From: Lepidodermella squamata
Taxonomy: Eukaryota > Animalia > Gastrotricha
Assembly (NCBI GenBank): GCA_047495785.1
Contig: JBLDXI010000057.1
Location: 1 to 64,000 of the forward strand
Length of the DNA: 64,000 nucleotides
Direction of reading: 5' to 3'
Shown: piece after piece, positions 1 through 9,600 of the stretch
Layout of the letters: each line of letters starts with the position of its first letter
How positions within the stretch are numbered: position 1 is the first letter of the stretch
The notes under the pieces: generated by a model
Told to the model about the DNA's origin: nothing
The model's input: only the letters and a program-made list of their open reading frames with translations
Database searches by the model: none
Made by a program: the position numbers and the translations under genes

Positions 1-241
1 ACACATCTCGTGAGAGTATGCAAACGAGATCAAAACCTTGGCCTCATGAATAGAGTTCCTACGACTCCACTCTTAGCTTTCCTACAAAAGCCATCTGTGC
101 GTGTAGGGGCCTACATTTTTTTCCTTCTAATAACCGTTTGGCTTATAGAAATTTCAAACTATTTATTCAAAACTAAGCTCCCCCCTTTTGGCAACAGCGC
201 AATCCTTACTTTAGAAAAGATAGATAAGGATAACATAACAA

Positions 242-1462
242 ATGCTTAGCATCCAGGAGGACTTCTTTATTTATTTACCCTCGAATGCCTCATATTCTCA
301 ACATCCGGCGAATACTCCGTCGGATTATCAAGTTGCTCTCCCTGTCCCAATTTGCGTACCCGATTGCCGTGCTTATGAAGTAGCCCTACTTGAGGCTACA
401 ATTCCTGTTAGGTGGAGTAGCATTGATCGTCATACAGTCTATGTGCTTGATTGTAACTGGCTGAAATCTTTTAAAAACGACATTATTGCTAATTATTTAA
501 CAAATCCTGGCTCTTTGCCACATCGGATGAAAAGTTTCAACAATCCATGGGAAACTGGCTTTATTAACAAAGTAAATTTCGGAGGTGAATATTTTGCGAA
601 TATAACCAAACTAATCGATCACTTTAATGAAAAAATATCCATCTCAAGTAGTAATGGCTCTATTTTTGCTCATTATGATTCAGTCAACAAAAAAACTAAA
701 ATTACCTGTAAATGGCCATATTCTATGTTTATACCTTCAGATTCTGCTGGCCTCTTAGGTTTTGTGTCTCCAATAGAACAGAATACACCGTCTGGAGTTT
801 TCATTTTTCCCAAGGCCCCAAAAAATGACGAGCCAGAATTTAATGAAGTTTCCACTTTTGATATAAAGTCAACGTATGCCTTGGCATATGCGTGGAATAT
901 GAGCCACCAAATTCGTGAAAATCCACACATTTTATTCAACTCAGTTGGGATTGTTAGGCTTTCTAGCAGACCAAAACTTAAGGAGGATGCAAATAATGAG
1001 ACAGCGGCGGTAGAAAATCAAGAAGGCGTAAATTCAGCACAGCACTTTGATTTTTCTGAGCAAACAGTAATCACCAAAGATAATGATTTACCGCCTGCCT
1101 TTATTTATGCATGCTATGAAGAAAGTGCTACAGCTCAATACAACATTCAGTTGAATTATGGCAATAACTCACTGTTCATTTACTGCTCAGTTGCAGCGGA
1201 TGTTTTTGTTGGAGATTGCCAAGCTAGCCTCCTTCGAATGATAACCTATTCTACGATGGCTTCTGCTACGGCAAATTCAGACTTGTCATCACATTTTACA
1301 GTGATTTATAACTCGGGCCTATATTTACCTTTAAAAGCCAATTTTATAGATTCAATTCAAGTTCAAATCCGCCGCGATAACGGGGCATTGATCGATTTTG
1401 TGGATGGTAGCAAAGTTGTATTGCTACTTCATATTCGCCGAAAAACCGGAGCCTTATATTAA
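242..1462 (+). CDS. Polinton minor capsid protein (penton), with enlarged central region
   Basis: N-term FFIYLPSNAS..HPANTPSDY..LP..I...YEVALLE and C-term LFIYCSV...VGD....LLRMI...YLPL....IDSIQVQIRRDNG.LIDF...KVVLLLHIRR match the Polinton penton pattern. Confidence 0.9.
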   Translation: MLSIQEDFFIYLPSNASYSQHPANTPSDYQVALPVPICVPDCRAYEVALLEATIPVRWSSIDRHTVYVLDCNWLKSFKNDIIANYLTNPGSLPHRMKSFNNPWETGFINKVNFGGEYFANITKLIDHFNEKISISSSNGSIFAHYDSVNKKTKITCKWPYSMFIPSDSAGLLGFVSPIEQNTPSGVFIFPKAPKNDEPEFNEVSTFDIKSTYALAYAWNMSHQIRENPHILFNSVGIVRLSSRPKLKEDANNETAAVENQEGVNSAQHFDFSEQTVITKDNDLPPAFIYACYEESATAQYNIQLNYGNNSLFIYCSVAADVFVGDCQASLLRMITYSTMASATANSDLSSHFTVIYNSGLYLPLKANFIDSIQVQIRRDNGALIDFVDGSKVVLLLHIRRKTGALY

Positions 1463-1500
1463 TATAAGTGGCTGAGTTCTAATTATTAATATTACCGAAG

Positions 1501-2043
1501 ATGCCCCTAGCTTATTCTAACCAAAACGTTGACAAGTACCAGCAGTTTTTTCTCCGCCAACACTCCTCCCCGCTGATAGCAGGCTATGGAGCTGGAGCGG
1601 GTGCTAACCTGGACCATTTCCGTGGGGCAACAATTCAATTTCCATATCATTATAGGGGTCAGGGAATAGGAAATATATTAGGTGCCTTTTTCAGAAATTT
1701 CTTCCCAGTAATTGCTCCGTCTATTTTTCAACAAGCATTATCTACTGGCCAAAAAATATTAGGTGATATGCAACAACCTGAGGGCGCTAGACCTAGTTTT
1801 ACCGAATCCCTTAAGCGTCATGGCACTTCAGGCGCCTTAAACATGGCTAAGGATATTGCTGAAACGGCTTTGAAGCAACATCAAGGCGGTGGAGGTGGCC
1901 GTAAAAGGCGCCGTCGTCGTGGCCCTAGTAAAACTAGTAGTGTGACTGCAAAACGTAGGCGCCGTGCTTCTACTACAAAAAGAAAGGCTTATAAAAGGAA
2001 AAGACGCGCAACAACTAAATCAGTGCTATTTGAAGCGTCTTGA
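1501..2043 (+). CDS. Polinton virion core / membrane-active precursor protein with Arg/Lys-rich DNA-binding tail
   Basis: YRGQG-IGNILGAFFRNFFP amphipathic helix after a GxG protease-type site; QGGGGG followed by poly-Arg/Lys tail; typical small Polinton ORF between penton and hexon. Confidence 0.8.
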   Translation: MPLAYSNQNVDKYQQFFLRQHSSPLIAGYGAGAGANLDHFRGATIQFPYHYRGQGIGNILGAFFRNFFPVIAPSIFQQALSTGQKILGDMQQPEGARPSFTESLKRHGTSGALNMAKDIAETALKQHQGGGGGRKRRRRRGPSKTSSVTAKRRRRASTTKRKAYKRKRRATTKSVLFEAS

Positions 2044-2076
2044 GCCCATTGCTGCGTTTGATTCTTCAAATTTGTA

Positions 2077-3567
2077 ATGGAAGGCTTTGGAGATAATTTT
2101 GTTCACCCAGCCTCAGCCTCTTCAATAGTATTATCTTCAGATTTAGATTTATTTACTGTACCGCCTTCACAGCTTGCTGAAGAAAACCAAATAAGTATAG
2201 ATGTTTACCCAATTGCCCCTCTTAATAGTTCACCGAACCTGATTGAGTTTCAAATCGGCCCGTACAATGATTATTTGTGTCTGTCACGCATGCAACTGAT
2301 GCTCAAGTGGAAAGTAGTTAGAACCCCTTCTGAAGCTCGGAAGAAAAATGCTGGCGAAGCTGACGATGCATACAACGAGTATAAGGCTAGTCTTTCGGCT
2401 ACAAATTTACAAAAAGCCCCGCTTTGTTTAGCCCACCACACAATGTTCAAAACATGCGAGATTTCACTAAATGGGCAACTTTTAAGTGAACAAAATTCAT
2501 TATACGCTTATCGGGCCTATATTTCAACGCTTTTGTCTCATAATACTGATGCAAAAAACACGATATTACAGACACAATTTTGGTATCCTGATACAGCTAA
2601 AAAACTGGATAATTTTGACAATTCAAACGAGGGATTTAAAAAACGGTTGGAAATTGTTCAGGGCGGGAAATCTGTGTGCACCCTGGGACGCCTGTTTGCA
2701 GATCCTATGCTGTGTAATAGGCTACTTCTACCTAATGTTGAAGTCCGCATCAAGCTCTATAGGGCATCTAACAATTTTGCTTTGGTTGGGCCGAGCACAG
2801 CTGATCCTCACTCAATCGTCATTGAATCTGCAAAAATTATTGCCCGGGCTGTTGTTGTGTCGCCGGACATAGTGATTGCTCATACGCGTGCGCTGGAAAA
2901 AACTAACGCCAAATATCCTATAATGAGAGTTCGAACAAGGCTTTTTCACATACCAAGTAGTGTTTTGAGTTACAGTGTAAGTTTGCTCATCGCGCGTTTC
3001 TAAGTCAATTTTTAAAACTCTAATGGTTTAACAGATACCACAATGTATTAATGGTAAGCTTCCAAGGCGTATGTTTTTCTGTTTTTTTGAAGATTCCGCC
3101 CTGAATGGAACGGCGGGTAAAAATCCATTGAATGCATTACACAGCCAGCTATCCCGAATATCGATTTATTTGGGCAATGAACTACATCACTCAACAGCTC
3201 CCTTGGAAATGGATTTTGCAAATGGAGATGTCACCAGAGTCTATTTGGAGCTTCTCAATGCTATCAACCCAGATAACCCTTTCAAGGCATCTACGTTAAC
3301 TATGGATCAGTTTATTAATGGCTTCACAATTTTTGGTTTCGATTTATCGCGCAACTCCTCGTTGCAAAATTACTCAGTTATACGCACAGGTACCTGCAGA
3401 GTAGAGTTGAGTTTTGCTGTTCAAACAACAATTGTTACTCAGCTGTTAGTATTAACTGAAACTGATTCAGTTTTTGAGGTATCATCTTTTTTCATAAAAT
3501 TAAAATTGCCTTAAAATTCAAATTTTTTAAGATCACACGAACGCGTGACGTAATTGTTGATTCTTAA
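2077..3567 (+). CDS. Major capsid protein (double jelly-roll hexon/PY); exons 2077-2976, 3035-3478, 3532-3567
   Basis: SDLDLFTVPPSQ, IEFQI..YLCLS and YAYRAYISTLL motifs. Removing GT-AG introns 2977-3034 and 3479-3531 gives ...SYS/IPQCINGKLPRRMFF...KNPLN and a ...VFE/ITRTRDVIVDS* C-terminus typical of the family. Confidence 0.92.
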
Positions 3568-3577
3568 GCAGTTTTTC

Positions 3578-4141
3578 ATGTACAACAATGAATTGGAAGA
3601 TTTCATCCGGATTGATCCAGTACTAAAAAAGTTTGACATTTTTGTTGTAGCCGCTGATCAGCTACCACAGCAGCTTCCTATTGTGAAAAATAATCCACAA
3701 TTGATTATCTGTAACACAGGAAATGTATACAATTCTACAGGAAAGCACTGGGTCACACTGTTTGTTCACAGCGCACAGCATCCTGATGAGCCCTGTGAGT
3801 TTTTCGATAGCCTTAACCTTTCCCCTTCCTATCATAACCTCTATATCGACAACTTTTTGAAAGCGAATAGCCAAACAGAAGTGCCGTACATTCATTGCAA
3901 TAGGTCTTACCAGCATGTTTTTTCACAAATCTGCGGCTTATGGGCTCTATATTACAGCATGCTTCGAGCGCGAGGTAAAGACATGCACCAAATTTTGAGG
4001 CATTTTGATCAGCTTGGATCAAAGAACAATTTGCTTATAAAAGACTGTGTACTTTATCATAAATTTAATACATTATATTCCCACTATGGTCTATCTATGA
4101 GACCACTTGAAAGAATAAAACCCTGTAACGTTAGATTATAA
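3578..4141 (+). CDS. Adenain-like (C5) virion maturation cysteine protease
   Basis: AADQLP, ICNTG...GKHWVTLF (His), EFFDS (Asp), YQ...SQICGLW (Gln, Cys). First ATG at 3578. Confidence 0.93.
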   Translation: MYNNELEDFIRIDPVLKKFDIFVVAADQLPQQLPIVKNNPQLIICNTGNVYNSTGKHWVTLFVHSAQHPDEPCEFFDSLNLSPSYHNLYIDNFLKANSQTEVPYIHCNRSYQHVFSQICGLWALYYSMLRARGKDMHQILRHFDQLGSKNNLLIKDCVLYHKFNTLYSHYGLSMRPLERIKPCNVRL

Positions 4142-4144
4142 AGG

Positions 4145-4988
4145 ATGAGTGATTTGCGCTGCTGCCCTGGCAACATAAATGAAGCTTTGCCTTTTGTTCA
4201 CCCTAGCACAATTCTCATTGTTGGGCCGTAAGTGACGATGGAAATAAAAGTCAATATATTTTAGTGTAATTTACTCATCTTCAGGTCGGGGAGCGGTAAA
4301 ACAAGTCTGGTGCTTCAAATCCTACAGGATGCATTCAGTTTTGAACTTCCTTTTGAGAGAATTGTCTATTTTTATTCTACTTTCCAACCCATTTACAATG
4401 ACATAGCCGATGCTGCATTGCAAGTTCACAAAATTAAAGTTGAATTCGTAAATTTAGCAGACACAAAAAACAGCAGTAGCGATAGCTTCAGCTTAAAAAA
4501 TTATATCAACGACAATAACGAGACGCAGCCCCGCTGTTGCCTAGTATTTGATGACGTGTATCGCCTATTAACTGAAGACGAAACACTGGTACAGCTTTTT
4601 TTAGGAGGGCGGCACTTGAATACGACAACCATTCTCCTTCAACAAGTTTTGTTTACTCGAGCAAAAAATAGCAGGGAAATTCTGGTTTGCCTCAGAAAAT
4701 TATTGTTTTTTCTTCTATGTATTTTCTATTCTATAGCAAAATGCAAACTATTTATTCTATTTTCGCTGCATTTCCGACTCTGCAAGCTTTAGATCATATG
4801 CACAACGGCGTTCCCCAATGGGCTGGCGAGGCCTTCTTGAAGCGTTGAACCAAGCAACTGCTGAATCATCTCACACGCCACTGCTACTGGATAATTGTGC
4901 AACTACTCCGGATAATCTCCGCATTCGTTCGAGCAATGGCTTCGGTAGTAAACCTGGTTACGCTTACATTTTAGTCTCAAAGAAATGA
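4145..4988 (+). CDS. FtsK/A32-like DNA packaging ATPase; exons 4145-4227, 4285-4684, 4737-4988
   Basis: Splicing restores Walker A HPSTILIVGP/SGSGKT. Also Walker B LVFDD, GGRHLNTTTILLQQ and C-term QNANYLFYFR...LLLD...TPDNLRIRS. Confidence 0.92.
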
Positions 4989-5039
4989 TGATATGTACTA
5001 TTATAAAAGGATTCATTGCCGCCCAATTTTCGTCGTTAA

Positions 5040-5453
5040 ATGAATAAAGTTATTACCTCAGCAACGTCACCATCGTTCAGTCTTGATAAAAAACGGCGGC
5101 TTTTTCTTGCATTGAAATGGTTATTGCATGCTCACCCCGGTCAGCGTGCTGATATTTTAGCAACTAGCTCTGTTAGCCTTATACGATTTCTTAGCCGTTG
5201 CGCCTTGTATTGGCTTCGCAGCACTAGTACTGTTCTGGCCCCTGATTTGGCTAAATTGAAACAAAAAGGTGTCAATTTGGTCGAGCACAACCGGCAAGTT
5301 TTTATTCGACACTGCCTTAATAGCAACAAGAACAATAGGCGAAATAAGGCTTCGAAAGCTTCCTTTTTTGCAGTTTTACCCACTGTATTGAAATCCTTTG
5401 CACCCAGGCTAAAGTTTGATTATTCAGAACTCAAGAGGCTTCTTCGAATCTAA
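5040..5453 (+). CDS. Conserved small basic Polinton protein (probable virion core protein)
   Basis: LKWLLHAHPGQRADILATSSVSLIRFLSRCALYWL resembles the recurrent small Polinton ORF after the ATPase; basic composition. Confidence 0.65.
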   Translation: MNKVITSATSPSFSLDKKRRLFLALKWLLHAHPGQRADILATSSVSLIRFLSRCALYWLRSTSTVLAPDLAKLKQKGVNLVEHNRQVFIRHCLNSNKNNRRNKASKASFFAVLPTVLKSFAPRLKFDYSELKRLLRI

Positions 5454-5456
5454 ACT

Positions 5457-6608
5457 ATGCAGCGAAACTATGCACAGCGCATGACTATTGTTCCACTTGC
5501 GACACCTGGGCCAACTCCAGCACAACAACAACAACAACAACCAAACGCGAGCGACTTGATTGCTGCTAAAACATTGCTGAGCAATCCTCTGCTTTTCAAA
5601 CTAGTGCAGCTATTACAGTCTTTAGACCGGGATGTGATAAACAACGCTAGTAGTAGTGATAATTCAGCCGATTTAGTGCGAAAACGTAACGAACTCATGC
5701 ATGAGATTATGAATTTGAAGAAGCTGGTAGTTTTACAAGGCAGTAGCCAGCCGCCAGCCGCTATTCCAATGTCGCCTGCACCAGCAGATCGAGCAGAATC
5801 GAGGCCGCGCTCTCCTCCTCCTCCTCCTCCTCCTCCTCCTCCTCCTCCTCCGCTGCCGCCGCCGCCGCTTCCTTCTGCTTCTTCTCCTCCTCCTCCTCCT
5901 CCTCCAAAAAAACAGCAGCAACAACAACTTGCGCGCCAACAACCTACTAAATTAACATCTAGTAATTTTGGTCAAGCGGCCGGGCCTAGCTATAACAACT
6001 ATAACAGAGATTCGGGTATTGGCGGCTTTCAGCAGCAGTTTTCACCTAATACAACGCCACGACCTTCAACTGATAATAGCAGCAATTATGAATTTGATGA
6101 TCTTCAAATGGATTTTCTATTCGCTGCCCCGCAAACATCATCGACTTCTAGCGCTGCAGCCACGACCGTCCTCAGCCACGATGATGTTGTTGTTGATCGG
6201 CCTAATGATGAGCAGCTGCCTACGAGAGGAGGGACCCCCCGCGCGCGCACCCCCCAGGCCCCTCGAGACAGCAACACAACAGCAGGGTCGTCTTCGTTTA
6301 GCGGCGATGAGGACAGCAGCGGCAGCAATAGTGAAGAGCTGCAAGATGGTGCTGATAATGATGATAATCAAGCAGAAAGACAAGAAGAAGCCGCTGCCGC
6401 TGAACCGATGGAAATTGAGCTAGCTGGAGCAGCAACTGCAGCGGCAACGCCACGGAAGGGTCAAAAGCGCGGTAGAAAGCCACGTTCTATGACTGATCAA
6501 ACACAAATATCACCACCTGGAAAACTTTTCCGAAGAACGTCACAGCGTAAGATAAATAAAATCAACAAGTTTCAAGCTGGCACAGGGTTTTGGAGTTTAT
6601 TCATGTAA
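5457..6608 (+). CDS. Proline-rich low-complexity Polinton protein
   Basis: N-term YAQRMTIVP...LQSLDRDV resembles a common Polinton ORF start; poly-Pro, acidic tract, basic NLS-like PRKGQKRGRK and terminal QAGTG-FW. Confidence 0.7.
   Translation: MQRNYAQRMTIVPLATPGPTPAQQQQQQPNASDLIAAKTLLSNPLLFKLVQLLQSLDRDVINNASSSDNSADLVRKRNELMHEIMNLKKLVVLQGSSQPPAAIPMSPAPADRAESRPRSPPPPPPPPPPPPPLPPPPLPSASSPPPPPPPKKQQQQQLARQQPTKLTSSNFGQAAGPSYNNYNRDSGIGGFQQQFSPNTTPRPSTDNSSNYEFDDLQMDFLFAAPQTSSTSSAAATTVLSHDDVVVDRPNDEQLPTRGGTPRARTPQAPRDSNTTAGSSSFSGDEDSSGSNSEELQDGADNDDNQAERQEEAAAAEPMEIELAGAATAAATPRKGQKRGRKPRSMTDQTQISPPGKLFRRTSQRKINKINKFQAGTGFWSLFM
5812..5906 (+). repeat. (CCT)n/(CCG)n coding microsatellite encoding polyproline
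   Basis: Direct runs of CCT/CCG in frame with the 5457-6608 ORF. Confidence 0.9.
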
Positions 6609-6615
6609 TAATCGA

Positions 6616-9600
6616 TCATTGATCAGCGCTATATCCATGTGGATAAGTTAGAAAGGAAGCATCGCCGGGGCGTAGCCAACGTTTATCATAGGTTAAACGA
6701 ATCTTTTTTGTTATATGAACACAATGAATTTCCGATAACGGAGTATGCACTTTTTTAAACTGAGTCTGATCCAATTCAGCGATGACGCTGTTTTTGTTGT
6801 TATCACCCCGGCCCCCGCTTCCGCTGGTTTCGTTATCGTGGAGACTTTGTATTACATGCTTGATGAACAAGAAAAAATCGAGAAGACTGCGTGAATGAAA
6901 ACTTTGACGTATTCCCTGCGCGTGACGTAAATAATAAAAAACAGAGGGCGTAACAACAAGTAGCAATTACCTTTAACATTAGCTTGGCTTTGCCGTCAGC
7001 AAAAAGTAGGGCATATGCCTTACAGCCCAGTACAACCATTGCAATGATGCGTTGCCCTGTATCAAGCTGATCCGCCAAGCCGCCAAGAACGGGTGTGAAC
7101 TCAATTTTAGTAATTCCAGGCCCTTGAAGGCAAAAAATTGAATCCGTGTCTAAAACAAAAGACAAAAAACGTAGAGATGTTGGTAGCATAAGCGGCGCTA
7201 TTCTCTAACCGCTGTAGATAGCACTTTTTGGGCCGACTCGGTACAGCTCACGAGCCAGTTTCACACGAGCATTAGCTGTTACGAAGGCCGCTGTTATAAC
7301 TGAGGTGGATCCATTTGGAACGTCGGCATCTTTGGTTGGCCGTGTTACAATTCGCAAGCGAGAGACATCATCAGAGTTGATGAGTAAGCCTAGTGGTTGA
7401 ATATCCACAATTTCCAAAGCTGGATTATTTAGCATTTGCTGAAGCAGAAACGGGGATTTGATATAATCTGTTCTCTCTAGATTAGAATTCATAGCAAATC
7501 GACCAAAAAAGCTGTTCAAAACTAATTTGGCGATCGCGCGTAACCCAGGGTTCTTTTTATCCAACTTGGTGCTATCAATCGTTATACCAATGCGTTCCCA
7601 TTGCTCCAAATACTGTGCTTTTTGTTCACTAGTAGCACAGTTTGGCGGCCAGCCGGAGGATTCGGCCTTCAAAATGGTGAATCTTTTAATGAAATCTCTG
7701 AAAATTGTATTGCTCTTCTTGAACTCCCATATCTAAAAAAAATAACTTGATAGAAGCCATGCATGAGTTGGCTAAACAAAATTATTAACCTCGTAGACTT
7801 CCAGCAATCTGTAGCCATGAACATCTGTAGCGTACTTCAGTTCCACAGAGCAATACGAACCAATCCAGGACCTTTCATAATCAGAATGGGTGCATTCACG
7901 GCTTGAAACGCACAAGTTTGGATTTGCAGTCGACGAACAAGCATAGCAACATGAGAACACGAGCTTGTTTTGTTTACTACGAAAGCAGAGTACAGGTAGC
8001 CAGATGTTTTTCGGCGCTAATACCTAGCAAAATAATGTGGTGATGATGAAAGCAGGGAGACGATATGTAGATGCGAAGAGCTTACGCGTGCTTGTACGAC
8101 ACCAAAAAAAGATTCCTTTGAATAAATCTCCTGCAGTTTCTCGTTGTTTAATCTGAGATCCAAGGTGGATACTTTAGGTGGTCCTATTGCATAGTAGCCA
8201 TCCATCATACAGCTTGGATATAACGAGTTGAAGTCGGCGGAAATTATAGAATAATCGGGCGATGGAAATAAGAAGTCCTTGGTTTGCATCCCGCTTTCCT
8301 TACAAATTTGAGCAATCTTTTCCAAATTTTGGTCGCCTGAAGTTGAGTGTGATTCGGCAATCATAGCCATTAAACGAAAAGCTTCGACCCGCCCTAAAAA
8401 GTAGGCATGATGTTTTAATCCCGCGAAGATTAAATAGGGAAAACCTCCAGTTACCTCCAAAGAAAAACGAACGGCTCTCCATTACATTAGCTATTGTGAG
8501 ATTATCATAAATCTCCTGTGCTCTCGGGTGTTGTTTGAAACTAGCTCTAATTTCATGCTCCCAAAAGCTTTGAAGAATGTAACCATTCGAGCGAAACAAC
8601 TCTTCACGTTCCAAGGTTTGCTTGTAAACTACGCCGTTTGGTTGTCCAGATAGAAAATTTAGTTGTGAGGCCTCAAAGCATTGCAAGCAGCCATGGACAG
8701 CACAACCATGAACCTCGACAATCAGATCGGGTTCACTCGGAATTTTATCACGACGTGCAACAAAACCGTCGACGCGATAAGGATAACGGTGGCCAGGTAT
8801 AGATATTCGAACTTCTTGACGTGAGTTCTGAGCGTGTTTCATTGAACCATAAGTTTCAGGGTCAGACTCCATCAGAAATTGAAGAAAAGCTATCGAGAGC
8901 CTGCTGTGTGAATCCTTGCCACAGTAGCCAGCGGTCGGGATGACAGGTAATGTATCCTTCGTAAGAAACAGCTTGCGGAAGCATGTGCTTGTGAGAGAAG
9001 CTAGTGTGATGCATTCTTTAAAGGCATCAGTAGAACACAACTCCAGCATTAGCGCCCGAAATTTGATTGACGCCTTTTCCAAAACTAGACAATCCTGTAT
9101 GCAGTATTGCAGTAACGTGTGGCGAACACTGAACCGTTTCAGTTTGTTTTCGTTGTAGAAAGTTAGAAATTCTGCTCTTTCAGAAGGAGACATTTTGTCA
9201 GGCTCATAGTAGATCATATTAGGCAGCTGTGGGAATTCGAGATTGAAACTCGAAGGATTACAGCGAATTCAATCACAATAGCTCAAGAAGTTGATGATGT
9301 ACTTACTTTTCTTTAGTGCATAAGACGTAAGGAAAGAAGGTTTTCTTGTCTGGGATTCCCATTGTTGCTGGTAAATCCCTGTTGTTGAACAAATACCTGT
9401 AAGCAATGTAGTTTCTTAGTGTTTCTTAGGTAACCTACCTTAATCTGCATTGAAAAAAGAGATATGAATCCAAAAATCTGATTTTTTGTTGTTTGAAATC
9501 AATGCATAGTAGAGATCCCTGCCTTTGAAGAATCTTCACTTTAGAACATCGTGTTTGAATTTCTTTCAGTAATAATAAGGAATCGAAATTGGCTGAGTTG

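Noticed and set aside
10-249. 79 aa ORF as the integrase C-terminus
   Set aside because: No integrase or chromodomain motif is recognisable; it is probably the end of an upstream viral gene but cannot be assigned.
5733-5942. Antisense poly-Arg protamine-like ORF
   Set aside because: It is the reverse complement of the polyproline CCT repeat and has no independent support.
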